A DNA stretch of 64,000 nt from Acidobacteriota bacterium (GTDB taxonomy: Bacteria; Acidobacteriota; Vicinamibacteria; Vicinamibacterales; 2-12-FULL-66-21). Shown one piece after another: positions 1-8,871 of this stretch. The notes beneath the pieces were generated by a model, which saw nothing but the letters and a program-made list of their open reading frames with translations, was not told the origin of the DNA and made no database searches. Position 1 is the stretch's first letter. Every line of letters begins with the position of its first letter. A program made the position numbers and the translations under genes. The DNA lies in contig JANMCN010000229.1 of NCBI GenBank assembly GCA_031361295.1, positions 5,717-69,716 of the forward strand. The letters run 5' to 3'.

Positions 1-1107
1 GATGCAGTTCTGGAGCTCGCGCACGTTCCCGGGCCAGCGGTACGTCTGCAGCTGCTCGAGCGCCTCCGGCGACAGCGTCAACGTTCTCTTCTTCAAGTCG
101 CGGCAGAAGCGATCGACGAAGGACAGCGCGAGCAGGGGGATGTCGGCGCCGCGATCGCGCAGCGGCGGGACGGTGATCGGGAAGACCGACAGCCTGAAAA
201 ACAGGTCTTCGCGAAAACGGCGCGCCGTGACGGCCGCCCGGAGCCCCTTGTTGGTGGCCGCGACGAGCCGGACGTCCACGCTGACGAGCGCCGTCCCGCC
301 CACTCGTTCGAACCGCCGCTCTTCAAGGGCGCGGAGGATTTTCGCCTGGAGCGCCAGCGGGAGGTCCCCGATTTCGTCGAGGAACAGCGTCCCGCGATGC
401 GCCATCTCGAACTTCCCGGGCTTGCGCGCCACGGCATTCGTGAACGCGCCCTTCTCGTGGCCGAACAGCTCCGTCTCGAGCAGCGTCTCCGGAATCGCCG
501 CACAGTTGATCGCGACAAACGGCGCCTCGGAACGCGGGCTGAGCGCGTGCAGCGACCGCGCGAACAGTTCCTTGCCGGTCCCGCTCTCCCCTTCGAGCAG
601 CACCGTCGTATCGGTGCCGGCGGCGCGTTGCAGCGACGCGAACACCTTCCGGAATGCGGGGTCCTGGCCGACGAGCTGCGGGGCTCCGCGCCGAACCGCC
701 AGCTCCTCCTTCATCAGGAGATTTTCCGTCACCAGGCGGCGCTGCTCGAGCGCCCGGCCGACGAGCAGCAGCAGATGGTCGGGATCCACCGGCTTCGCGA
801 GGAAGTCGAGCGCGCCCTCCTTCATCGCCGTGACGGCATCCTCGATACTTCCGTAGGCCGTCATGACGATGACGGGGACGTCGGCGTCGATTTCCTTCGA
901 GGCACGGAGCACGCCGAACCCGTCCCCTTCCGGCAGCCGCAAATCCGAAAGCACGAGCGCGGGCTGCGCTTCCTGGAGCAGCTTGACCGCCTCAGGCTGA
1001 TCCCGCGCCTCGACGACGGCGTGGCCCTGGCGTTCGAGGGCATGCCTGAGCATGGCTCGGAGCGAATCCTTGTCTTCGACGAGAAGAATCTGGGCGGGCG
1101 CCGGCAT
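1..1107 (-). CDS. sigma-54-dependent (NtrC-family) response regulator; C-terminus cut by the window edge
   Basis: Absent from the ORF track because no stop lies in the window. My reverse-complement translation from the ATG at 1107-1105 reads MPAPAQILLVEDKDSLRAMLRHALERQGHAV... (receiver domain). An AAA+ sigma54-interaction domain follows (LLEGESGTGKELFA, ETELFGHEKGAFTNA, WPGNVRELQNCI at position 1). The frame stays open for all 369 codons. Confidence 0.9.
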   Translation of the reverse strand, partial: MPAPAQILLVEDKDSLRAMLRHALERQGHAVVEARDQPEAVKLLQEAQPALVLSDLRLPEGDGFGVLRASKEIDADVPVIVMTAYGSIEDAVTAMKEGALDFLAKPVDPDHLLLLVGRALEQRRLVTENLLMKEELAVRRGAPQLVGQDPAFRKVFASLQRAAGTDTTVLLEGESGTGKELFARSLHALSPRSEAPFVAINCAAIPETLLETELFGHEKGAFTNAVARKPGKFEMAHRGTLFLDEIGDLPLALQAKILRALEERRFERVGGTALVSVDVRLVAATNKGLRAAVTARRFREDLFFRLSVFPITVPPLRDRGADIPLLALSFVDRFCRDLKKRTLTLSPEALEQLQTYRWPGNVRELQNCI

Positions 1108-1269
1108 GCGAGGACGCGAGCTCAGAGGGCTGGGCCCGCAGAGCCGAGGGGGCACTGGCCGGGCGCGATGGACGGGATGCTCATGGGTTGATTCAGTGTA
1201 GCAGGCGTTCGGGCCGCACGCGGGCCGAAAAGCTGCGGCCCGGCACGCGTCACCGCCACCTTTGCCCGG

Positions 1270-1938
1270 TCACCGCACCTCCCTCCAGGAGAGAACCCTG
1301 ACCGCGCGACGCGGTGCAGGCGGGGCCACGCCCGCCGCCGCGGCGCCACGAACGGTCTGGAGCGCCACCGTGGCTTCGACCGAGCGGTGCGCACCCGCGG
1401 CTCCGAACGCCTCAGCGCGCACGACCACCACGTCGTTTGAATCCCGTTCCGCATCCCCATCCCGTTCGTCCCCATCGTCCGCGACCCAGACCAGCAGGTA
1501 GGCCGGAGGGACGATGAGGCCGGCGGGCGCGAGATCGCTCAGCGGTCCATGGCCGAAGAGGTGCCACACGGGACGATTCGGGGATGGGGCAAAAGAGGCG
1601 TTGCTTGCCGCCTGGCGCTCCGCCGCGAGCGCAGAGAGATTCAGGATCCGTCCGTCGGGCGCGCGGGGCGCCTGCGCTCCGTCCTGAAGGCACGCGGACA
1701 CCGTGGCACCCGGGATCGCACCCCAGTCTGCCGAACGGAGCTCGCCAATCGTCTCTTCGAGGGCCGCGTCCGCAGCGTAGAGCGCCTGCTGCGCGGCGCC
1801 GTGGTTCGCGCTCGCCATCGTCTCCGACATCGTGACGAGAACGAGAGCCGCTGACATCGTCGCGAGCAGCGTGGTGACCATCAGGACGCAGATGAGCGCC
1901 GTTCCGCGCTCCGAACCTCGAGCCGTCAACGGCGTCAT
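1270..1938 (-). CDS. PilX-like type IV pilus minor pilin (module 2)
   Basis: The N-terminus ...GTALICVLMVTTLLATMSAALVLVTMSETMASANHGAAQQALYAADAALEE parallels the PilX_N-type start of ORF 23658-24437 (GSALIIALMAMMLLTALGAAVVMVSTTETRISGNYRDSQEALYAADAAVE). It has an ATGA overlap with the upstream pilW-like gene. Confidence 0.65.
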   Translation of the reverse strand: MTPLTARGSERGTALICVLMVTTLLATMSAALVLVTMSETMASANHGAAQQALYAADAALEETIGELRSADWGAIPGATVSACLQDGAQAPRAPDGRILNLSALAAERQAASNASFAPSPNRPVWHLFGHGPLSDLAPAGLIVPPAYLLVWVADDGDERDGDAERDSNDVVVVRAEAFGAAGAHRSVEATVALQTVRGAAAAGVAPPAPRRAVRVLSWREVR

Positions 1939-3071
1939 CGGATGCCCGTGTCGAGGACATTGCGGGGCGTGACGTCGAACGTGACCTGCAGGTCAGGGAT
2001 GTAGCGATCTGCGTCGAGCGAGGTGCCGCGGTTCGCAAATGCCCCGCCCGTGCCCCGGAACTCGGCGCCTTCCGCTTCGAGCCGCAGCGCGACGCCAATC
2101 CGGCGCACCCGCAGAAGATCGACGTCGAATCGGCCCGGCGATTGACCGCACCACGGGCCATCCGTCAGCTGCGCCCGGGTCAGGGGAACGAGCGTGGTTC
2201 CGCCGAGGTCTGACAGCAGAGGTACAGGTGGCGTGCCGGCCGCGTACGCGCAGTTCGCGCGGCCATCGCCGGGGGGCGTGACGCTCGTCGGAGCCGGGTC
2301 TGCGAAGTAGGAGAAACGCAGATCCACCACGTGATCGACGAGGGGCACATCACTTCGATCTCCGTCGTACGACATGAGCCGCCTCCCTGCCCGATCCAGG
2401 TAGTACACGCGCTGGACAAGGGTCGCGACGCGGCTTGTCGCGACGTAGCGCTGCGAGAGCGCCGCAGGAGGTACCAGGAGGGAGGCCACCGCATCGACAG
2501 CGGAAACCGTGAAGATGTCGCGCGCGCCGTCGCCGGCGTCCGGCGAGTAAATCAGGACCCGATCTCCCGCCTTGAAGCCGCACACGCCGTCGGACCCGCA
2601 CCCGGGCGCTCCCCCATCGACGACGATGGGGCCGGACGGGCCAGCCATCGCGGTCGCCAGCTTCGTTTGTGACGCATCGCCCGGTACAAAGAGGACCGTG
2701 ATGCGATCCGCGAAGTAGGATCTCTCCGGGTCCGCTCCGAGCACGCCGGTTCGGGCGGGCACGACGGGGGGAAACGCATCGATGAGCGGACCGCGGGGAG
2801 AGCCGTTCGAGACCCCCGCTCCCGCCGCCAGCAGGTCTCGCCGGATCGCTTCCACGGCGACCCGCAGCCGCTGCTGCAGGTCGGTTGCATCCCCCTGGGT
2901 CCGGATGGTGGCCTGCGCTGCAGCGCAGAACCTCAACAGGACTGAGAGCAGCGCGCACACGATTGCCGCCACGACCAGCAACTCGAGCAGCACGTATCCG
3001 GGCGCGGGCTGGAGCGCCAGACGTTTGCAGCTGCGGGAGGTGGCCGACCGTTTCCTGCCTTCGACAGTCAT
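1935..3071 (-). CDS. PilW-like type IV pilus minor pilin (module 2)
   Basis: It carries a class III signal, ...QPAPG/YVLLELLVVAAIV, with Glu at +5. The C-terminus LTDGPWCG..FDVDLLRVRRIGVALRLE parallels LTDGPYCGTGDNQFDVDLLRIRKVKVTLRMQ of ORF 24437-25543. Both ends have ATGA overlaps. Confidence 0.7.
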   Translation of the reverse strand: MTVEGRKRSATSRSCKRLALQPAPGYVLLELLVVAAIVCALLSVLLRFCAAAQATIRTQGDATDLQQRLRVAVEAIRRDLLAAGAGVSNGSPRGPLIDAFPPVVPARTGVLGADPERSYFADRITVLFVPGDASQTKLATAMAGPSGPIVVDGGAPGCGSDGVCGFKAGDRVLIYSPDAGDGARDIFTVSAVDAVASLLVPPAALSQRYVATSRVATLVQRVYYLDRAGRRLMSYDGDRSDVPLVDHVVDLRFSYFADPAPTSVTPPGDGRANCAYAAGTPPVPLLSDLGGTTLVPLTRAQLTDGPWCGQSPGRFDVDLLRVRRIGVALRLEAEGAEFRGTGGAFANRGTSLDADRYIPDLQVTFDVTPRNVLDTGIR

Positions 3072-3595
3072 GGCCGCCTGGCCTTGATGCTGGCGAGCCG
3101 CCAGTCGCCGCCGCCGACAGTCAGCACCCTGACTTCGAGCATCAGCTGGTTTTCTGGATCCGACGCGAGTGGCGCGATACGCCAGCGGCGCACATACGCC
3201 GCCGCAGCGGAAGAACTGACCGTCGTGCCTGCGGCATTTGCGTAGTCCACGTAGAAAGGAATGTCGGCGTCGAGCGACCCGGGAGCGGCGCCGAGCCCTG
3301 GGCCTCCGGACGAGGGAGGATCCACCGCGAGATTCGTCGTGCTGTCGGACAGCAGCTCACCGCCAGGGGAGTGGGCCCAGGCCAGAGAACGAAGCTGCTC
3401 CATTTTCTGCGCCGCGAGAACGGCGGCGAGCGTGCGGACTCGAGCGACGTGCATCGCACGTGTCGAGAACCAGAAGACCTGCGCGACGCCCGCCGCGAGC
3501 GTCGCCGCCATGCCGGCAGCGATGACTGCTTCGACGAGAGTGAACCCGGCGTCTCGAGGGATCGGGTCGGCCTGCGCTTCGCGTGGACCATCCAT
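3068..3595 (-). CDS. PilV-like type IV pilus minor pilin (module 2)
   Basis: It shows the prepilin motif ...RDAG/FTLVEAVIAAGMAA. AAQKMEQLRSLAWAH parallels AEQKLEQLRGLTWGF in ORF 25540-26121. I placed the start at the ATG at 3595 (17-aa leader). The track start at 3763 or the ATG at 3652 are alternatives. Confidence 0.65.
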   Translation of the reverse strand: MDGPREAQADPIPRDAGFTLVEAVIAAGMAATLAAGVAQVFWFSTRAMHVARVRTLAAVLAAQKMEQLRSLAWAHSPGGELLSDSTTNLAVDPPSSGGPGLGAAPGSLDADIPFYVDYANAAGTTVSSSAAAAYVRRWRIAPLASDPENQLMLEVRVLTVGGGDWRLASIKARRP

Positions 3596-3792
3596 GCGGG
3601 ACGGCGTTGCAACGCGCGGTCCGTCCGGAACGCGTTCAGTTTCGCGGGACATCCGCGGTGCGGCGTGCGGATGACACGATTCGCCGTGGCAGGAACTGCG
3701 ACGCGGAACAAATCGACGATCGGCAGAAACGGATCGACGCCGCAGCCGCGGGACGCGTTTCAAAAGGCCGACCAGCCGCGGACGTCCCAGGG

Positions 3793-6249
3793 TCAGTCAG
3801 GGAGGCGGCTGATTCGAGGGAGACGCTCCCGGTCGATGCCGCGAAACATCCACTCGACGGCATCCGACAGGGCGGCGGGTTCGAGACGCTTCACCTCCAG
3901 GCGCGGAACGCGGGCGGCGTCGAACGAGTCGCCCAGCTGTCGCGCGTCACACGACAACCCCCATCTGTGTGACCGCCTGATGTGGCCGGCTCCGTGCCGA
4001 TCGACGGCTCCATATGGGTAGGCGAAGAGTTCAATCGGACGGCCGGTGAGTAACGCCAGCGCCGTCCGGCATTCGGTGACCTCGCGCTCCTGGACATCTC
4101 GGGGCTGGTCGGGCAGCGCCACGTGATTGACGGTGTGGCCACCGATATCCATTCCCGGGATTCTCGCCAGCTGGCGCAATTCGTCCGCGAGCATCGGCCG
4201 CCGCTCCGCCCTGACGGGCGCACCTGTCCCGGCCCACGCACGCAGCGCATCCATGATCCGGTCACGCTCGGCAAGCGGCGCATGAACGAGCGCGTCGTGC
4301 AGTCGCACGTGCGCCGCATCGCGGGCCTCTGTCGTTGCGGCCGAGAAGTCTGTCGGCTCCCCCGCGATGTCGATCTGGAACCCCCCCGACCCAAGGACCG
4401 ACGTCCACAGGATTCGCTCGAGGGTGTCCCACCAGTACTCACCGGGCGCGTCGAGCCAGCGGCTCGTGACGAAAAACGTAGCCGGCACCCCGTACATTGA
4501 AAGCAGGGGGGCGGCGACGGTCAGGTTATCCAGGTACCCGTCGTCAAACGTGATCGCGACCGGCCGCTCAGGCCACGCGTCGGCCGGCGAGGTGCTCAAC
4601 AGTTCGTCGAGCTGCATCAGCGTGCAGTTCGTCCGAAGCCATTGGAGCTGCGCTTCGAAGAGGCCGGACGGTATCGAGAGATCGTGGACGTCCGCCGTGT
4701 CATCCAGCCTGTGGTACAGCAGGACGAGGCCTCTCGGTGCAACTCGTTCCGGTCCCTCGCTCTTTCTCGCACGCACTCCCGTGATCGCAGGAAAATACGG
4801 ATCAGCGGTCTCGAACTCGGCGTCGGTCAGCTCCTCGGCGGCAAGCCCGTGAAGAAAGGCCGTATTCGTCAGGATGTTGCCGTAAACGTCGTACGAGGCG
4901 TGCGACGGCTCGAAAGCCGCTTCGACGAGACGCCGGGCGCCGGCGGGGGTGACGCGCCACAGGTCGCCGTCCGTGCCGTACTCGAGGCACGAACGGCTGG
5001 CAGCCGGCAGTGTCGCAAGAAGAACGCCTCCGGGCTTCAGGATGCGGTGGCACTCGCGGAGGGCGGCGCCGACATCGTCGATCACATGCAGCGTCTGGGT
5101 CAGCACGATGCAGTCGAAGCGATCGGACGAGAGGTCCGGGGCGCACCGCAGGTCCGCGAGAATCGTCGCGCGGCCGCTGGACGGGTCGATGTCCACGACA
5201 TCGTGCGACGTGACGCGCGATCCGCCGAATGCGCGCGTGAAGTCGTCCTCCTGGACCTCGAGGACCGCACCGCGGACGTCGGACGAATGGGCCGCCAGGA
5301 ATGCCTCGATATGGCGTCGGTCGACCGGAGTGCCGCGGTCGTAGCCCCAGTCGCGGCTGACGGGATCGGTGCGCCGCAGGTCACCCCAATCGAGGCCCGC
5401 GCGCCCATGGTGTTCCAGGTACGCGCGGTGGTGCGCCGCCGTGGCTCTCAGGTGATCGAGCTCCGCCAGCTCGCTGTCGCGCCGCGCCAGGAGATCGCGG
5501 TGGCGTTCGCGCGACCGGCCGAACCGCAGCTCCCGGGTGACGAGCACGTCCTGCATGTGATCCCCGAGCGCGGACTCGTGTTTGGCGAGTACGTCTCGCA
5601 AGTGGCCGAGATACTCGTCGTCACTTACGTATTGCGGCGTCGTTCGCAGGCCGATTTCGCGCCGCACGAGGGGTTCGCGAAGCGGCGCCACGTGGCGTCC
5701 CGACAGCGTGAGCCTGAGCCAGAATTCGTACTCCGCCAGTGCGCGGAGGTGCTCATCGAAGCCGCCGACGGCGTCGACCGCCGAGCGTCTGACGACAAAC
5801 ACCGGCGGCACGCCGGCAGGGTCCGCCAGGACGGCCGCGGGATTCATCGCATCGGGCCTCCACACGGCACGGCCAAGCCCGTCAGCCGTTTGCACCTCCA
5901 CACCAGGTGCGAGCGCAGAGAGGGCCTCGTCGGCGCGGAATGCCAGCGCACAGCGCTCGAGGAACGTCTCCGGGATCACGAAGCCGGCCGGGACGAACGC
6001 AAGCTGGTCTCCGAGAGCCGAACGAACCGCCCGGTTGAGTGCGATACCCGGACGCGGCTCCGCGACGACGACGGATGCATGCAGCCGGGCCGCGACGGAC
6101 CCGACGAGGGGAGCATTCGGGTGGTCAGGATGGGTGACGAGCAGGAGATCGCTGCGCATCGCGCGCTGACGTGCAATGGAGTCCGCCGACATCAACAGCG
6201 CGCGGCCTCCCCGCCCTGACAGGATGAGGACCGAAATGCCTGACGTCAC
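3793..6249 (-). CDS. multidomain glycan-modifying protein: GT2-like domain, coiled coil, class I SAM methyltransferase, NodB-type polysaccharide deacetylase
   Basis: The N-terminus ISVLILSGRGG... is GT2-like. A coiled coil follows (RELRFGRSRERHRDLLARRDSELAELDHLRA). The methyltransferase core is VLEVQEDD...DCIVLTQTLHVIDDVGAALRECHRILKPGGVLLATLP. The deacetylase motifs are AITFDDGYLDN and GGHTVNH. I moved the start to the GTG at 6249, which makes a GTGA overlap with the upstream stop. The track start is 6312. Confidence 0.8.
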   Translation of the reverse strand: MTSGISVLILSGRGGRALLMSADSIARQRAMRSDLLLVTHPDHPNAPLVGSVAARLHASVVVAEPRPGIALNRAVRSALGDQLAFVPAGFVIPETFLERCALAFRADEALSALAPGVEVQTADGLGRAVWRPDAMNPAAVLADPAGVPPVFVVRRSAVDAVGGFDEHLRALAEYEFWLRLTLSGRHVAPLREPLVRREIGLRTTPQYVSDDEYLGHLRDVLAKHESALGDHMQDVLVTRELRFGRSRERHRDLLARRDSELAELDHLRATAAHHRAYLEHHGRAGLDWGDLRRTDPVSRDWGYDRGTPVDRRHIEAFLAAHSSDVRGAVLEVQEDDFTRAFGGSRVTSHDVVDIDPSSGRATILADLRCAPDLSSDRFDCIVLTQTLHVIDDVGAALRECHRILKPGGVLLATLPAASRSCLEYGTDGDLWRVTPAGARRLVEAAFEPSHASYDVYGNILTNTAFLHGLAAEELTDAEFETADPYFPAITGVRARKSEGPERVAPRGLVLLYHRLDDTADVHDLSIPSGLFEAQLQWLRTNCTLMQLDELLSTSPADAWPERPVAITFDDGYLDNLTVAAPLLSMYGVPATFFVTSRWLDAPGEYWWDTLERILWTSVLGSGGFQIDIAGEPTDFSAATTEARDAAHVRLHDALVHAPLAERDRIMDALRAWAGTGAPVRAERRPMLADELRQLARIPGMDIGGHTVNHVALPDQPRDVQEREVTECRTALALLTGRPIELFAYPYGAVDRHGAGHIRRSHRWGLSCDARQLGDSFDAARVPRLEVKRLEPAALSDAVEWMFRGIDRERLPRISRLPD

Positions 6250-7250
6250 CGCCGGCTCCTCGCGACCACCTCGTAAACCCGTCGCAGCGGGGCGGAGATA
6301 CGCCAGCTCCACGACGAACGCAGCTGCTGCACTTCGCTCCGCAGCGCAGCCGTCTCGACACGCAGCCGTGCCAATTCGTCCTCACGGTCCTGCACGGCGC
6401 GAGCCTTCGCCACTTTCCGGTCCGCAGCCGCTGTCTCCTCGCGCGCCCGCCTGAGCGCCGGCTCGAGCACGTCGAGCCGGTCCTGTTCCATCGCCGCGAC
6501 CTCCCGCGCAAGGTGGAGCGCCTCCCGCTCTTTCGCGAGAATCACGTCAACGATGTGCGTTCGATAGAATGACGCGTGTTTGGCCACCAGCACGTCGAGC
6601 GGGCGGCGATACGCCGCTTCCTGCAACATCATCCGGCTCATCGAATCGGCACGCCGCCGGTAGTAGAACAGGACTTCAGGGACGATCCAGCCGGCCCGGC
6701 CGCTTTCCACGAGCCGCAGCCAGAAATCCCAGTCCTCGCAGCCTTCGCGCATCGACTCGTCGTAGCCCCCTGCGGCCTCAAAGGCCTCGCGGCGGACGAG
6801 CGCTGCGCCGTTGACGGCATTGCGCGCCAGCAAGGCGGGCAGGTCGCACTGCGCAGGCGTCCACGTCCACCGTTCGTCCCCAAACGTCTCGAGCCAGTGC
6901 GACACGAACGACACCGACGGCTGCTCGTCGAGTACCCTGAGGGCTTTTTCGAACCACGTCGGCGCCAGCCGGTCGTCGGCATCGAGCGCGCAGTAGACGG
7001 CGCCGGAGGCATGGCGCGCAGCGTGATTGCGGGCGGCCGCCAGCCCGCGGTTCTCCGTTCGCAGCACCCGGACTCGCGGCAGGCTGCAGGACGAAAGCTT
7101 CTCCACCGTTTCGGGGTCCGTCGATCCGTCGTCCACGATGACGACCTCGAAGTCCTGGCACGTCTGTGCGAGGACGCTGTTCAGCGATTCGTCGATGAAC
7201 GCGCCGTGGTTGAAGCAAGGCAGCAGAACCGACACTCGCGGCGGCGTCAC
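6246..7250 (-). CDS. family 2 glycosyltransferase with a C-terminal coiled coil
   Basis: The GT2 motifs are VSVLLPCFNHGAFIDESLNSVLAQTCQDFEVVIVDDGSTD and DADD. The C-terminal ~90 aa are heptad-rich (EREALHLAREVAAMEQDRL...RLRVETAALRSEVQQLRSSWSWRISAPLRR). Confidence 0.9.
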   Translation of the reverse strand: MTPPRVSVLLPCFNHGAFIDESLNSVLAQTCQDFEVVIVDDGSTDPETVEKLSSCSLPRVRVLRTENRGLAAARNHAARHASGAVYCALDADDRLAPTWFEKALRVLDEQPSVSFVSHWLETFGDERWTWTPAQCDLPALLARNAVNGAALVRREAFEAAGGYDESMREGCEDWDFWLRLVESGRAGWIVPEVLFYYRRRADSMSRMMLQEAAYRRPLDVLVAKHASFYRTHIVDVILAKEREALHLAREVAAMEQDRLDVLEPALRRAREETAAADRKVAKARAVQDREDELARLRVETAALRSEVQQLRSSWSWRISAPLRRVYEVVARSRR

Positions 7251-8017
7251 AGGCTGACCGGCTCGTCACCCGGCAGCGGCGGCGACTCGAGGAGTATGGA
7301 CAGATACCGATTGGCCACCGCCTCGGCTGGCCCGGCCAGGACGATGCGCCCCCCGTCGAGGAGCAAGGCTCGATCGCAGAAGAGGGCGATCGTCCGGGGA
7401 TCGTGGCTGACGAGGAGCATCGAGTGTCCCGCCGCATGCAGCTGGCGGTAGCGCACCTGGCAGCGCTCCTTGAATTCGGCGTCGCCCACGGCAAAAATCT
7501 CGTCCAGGATCAGGACGTCACGTACGGCCCTGAACGCCACCGCATAGGCGAGCCTCGCGGCCATGCCGCTCGAATAGTGCCGCAGCTCGAGGTGCGCGAA
7601 TCGCTCGAGGCCGGCAAACGCGAGGATGGACCCTGTCGCCCGCCGCAGCTCGCGCAGCGTGAGCCCCATCACCGTCCCGAGCAGCTCGATATTGTCGATC
7701 GCATCCAGATCGGGATTCCAGCCAACGCCGAGCTCCAGGATGGGCGTGACGGCGGCACGGACTTCGACCCGCCCGGCATCCGCCTGGTAGATCCCCGCGA
7801 CGATTTTCAAAAGAGTGCTCTTCCCGCACCCGTTCCGGCCCATGAGGCCGAGGCTCTCTCCAGGGCGCAGCTCGAAACTGACGTCGTCGAGGACCTGCAG
7901 GCGCTCCTTCCGGCGGGGGCGGAACAGATCGAGCGCGTGCTCCCGGACGGTCTCGCGGCGCCCAGTTGGAATCACGAAGCTCTTCGAGACGCCGACCGCT
8001 TCGATGCGGGGCGTCAC
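7247..8017 (-). CDS. polysaccharide-export ABC transporter, ATP-binding subunit (Wzt/TagH-like, no C-terminal carbohydrate-binding domain)
   Basis: Walker A is GLMGRNGCGKSTLLK, the signature is YSSGMAARLAYA and Walker B is ILILDE. The start is the GTG at 8017 (VTPRIEAVGVSKSF), 2 nt after the Wzm stop. The track start at 8068 is the alternative. Confidence 0.9.
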   Translation of the reverse strand: MTPRIEAVGVSKSFVIPTGRRETVREHALDLFRPRRKERLQVLDDVSFELRPGESLGLMGRNGCGKSTLLKIVAGIYQADAGRVEVRAAVTPILELGVGWNPDLDAIDNIELLGTVMGLTLRELRRATGSILAFAGLERFAHLELRHYSSGMAARLAYAVAFRAVRDVLILDEIFAVGDAEFKERCQVRYRQLHAAGHSMLLVSHDPRTIALFCDRALLLDGGRIVLAGPAEAVANRYLSILLESPPLPGDEPVSL

Positions 8018-8018
8018 G

Positions 8019-8810
8019 TCAGAGATCCTCCGCCACGCGCGGCGCACGCAGCCTGTAGACGAGGGCACCGATACCGAGGATCAGGCACGTCTCGGCCAGG
8101 AGCAGCGCATGCGCGAGGACGGACGGGGCCTTCCCCTGCAACAGCACGCTCCTGGCGAACAGGATCACGGGGGTCGGCGGCCACACGTACAAGTAGACGT
8201 GCAGCCGCTCCGGCAGGATGCCAATCGGATACACGATTGGCGCGACGAAAAAGCCGGCCTGTGTCACGACCTCCCAGACCTGGTTCAAATCCCGGTACCG
8301 CATGAACAGCACACTGGCCGCCAGCGAGAACCCCGAGACGATCGCGAACAGGAGGGCCACGTAGAGCGCATATAGGGCGACCGCACCACCCGAGGGCGCA
8401 CGGCCCGTCAGGGCCAGGAACGCCAGGAGCACGATCGAGAACAGCACGACGGTGATCACGGAGTTCGAGGCCGAGGTCAGGACGATGACCCACGAGGGAA
8501 ATCTGGCTTTCGTCAGCAGGTAGCCTTTCGCGCGTAGCGAGAGGAGCCCGGTCTTCGTGGATTCCTGGAAGAACTCATAGAGGAACAACCCGATGATCAG
8601 GTCGAGTTTGTATTGGGCCTGACCCGCAAACACGTAAGAGAAGACCGCCAGCAGCACGAGGAACATCGTGAGCGGCTTCAGGAGCGCCCACACGAAGCCG
8701 CCGATCGTGCCGTGGTAGCGAGTCTTGAAATCGGTGCGGATGAGGGTCCAGACCAGGCCGGCGAACCGCCCGTGACCCTGCCGGACATCTGTGGCGACCA
8801 CTGGAATCAT
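8019..8810 (-). CDS. ABC-2 type polysaccharide-export permease (Wzm-like)
   Basis: This is a 263-aa protein with about 6 hydrophobic segments and the ABC-2 style N-terminus (LIRTDFKTRYHGTIGGFVWALLKPL). It lies immediately upstream of the ATPase. Confidence 0.9.
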   Translation of the reverse strand: MIPVVATDVRQGHGRFAGLVWTLIRTDFKTRYHGTIGGFVWALLKPLTMFLVLLAVFSYVFAGQAQYKLDLIIGLFLYEFFQESTKTGLLSLRAKGYLLTKARFPSWVIVLTSASNSVITVVLFSIVLLAFLALTGRAPSGGAVALYALYVALLFAIVSGFSLAASVLFMRYRDLNQVWEVVTQAGFFVAPIVYPIGILPERLHVYLYVWPPTPVILFARSVLLQGKAPSVLAHALLLAETCLILGIGALVYRLRAPRVAEDL

Positions 8811-8871
8811 CGAGGGGGAACCCTGATACTATACGGCCATTCCCACTGAAATCACTGTGTCTGGGGCGTGA

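Noticed and set aside
1210-1242. A 9-bp inverted repeat (cgggccgca / tgcggcccg) between the pilX-like gene and the response regulator, considered as a terminator.
   Set aside because: It has a 15-nt loop and no T-run, and alternative pairings exist. It cannot be distinguished from chance GC-rich self-complementarity.
4642-6219. Long ORFs antisense to, or out of frame with, the called genes. Examples are 4642-6219(+), 397-1191(+), 12367-13584(+), 21409-23361(+), 31047-32855(+), 40824-42425(+), 49272-51512(-), 56498-59071(+) and 16654-17820(-).
   Set aside because: These are typical shadow ORFs of GC-rich DNA. Their translations are Arg/Ala/Gly/Pro-rich with no family motifs. Each lies opposite a gene with clear family signatures and coherent operon structure.
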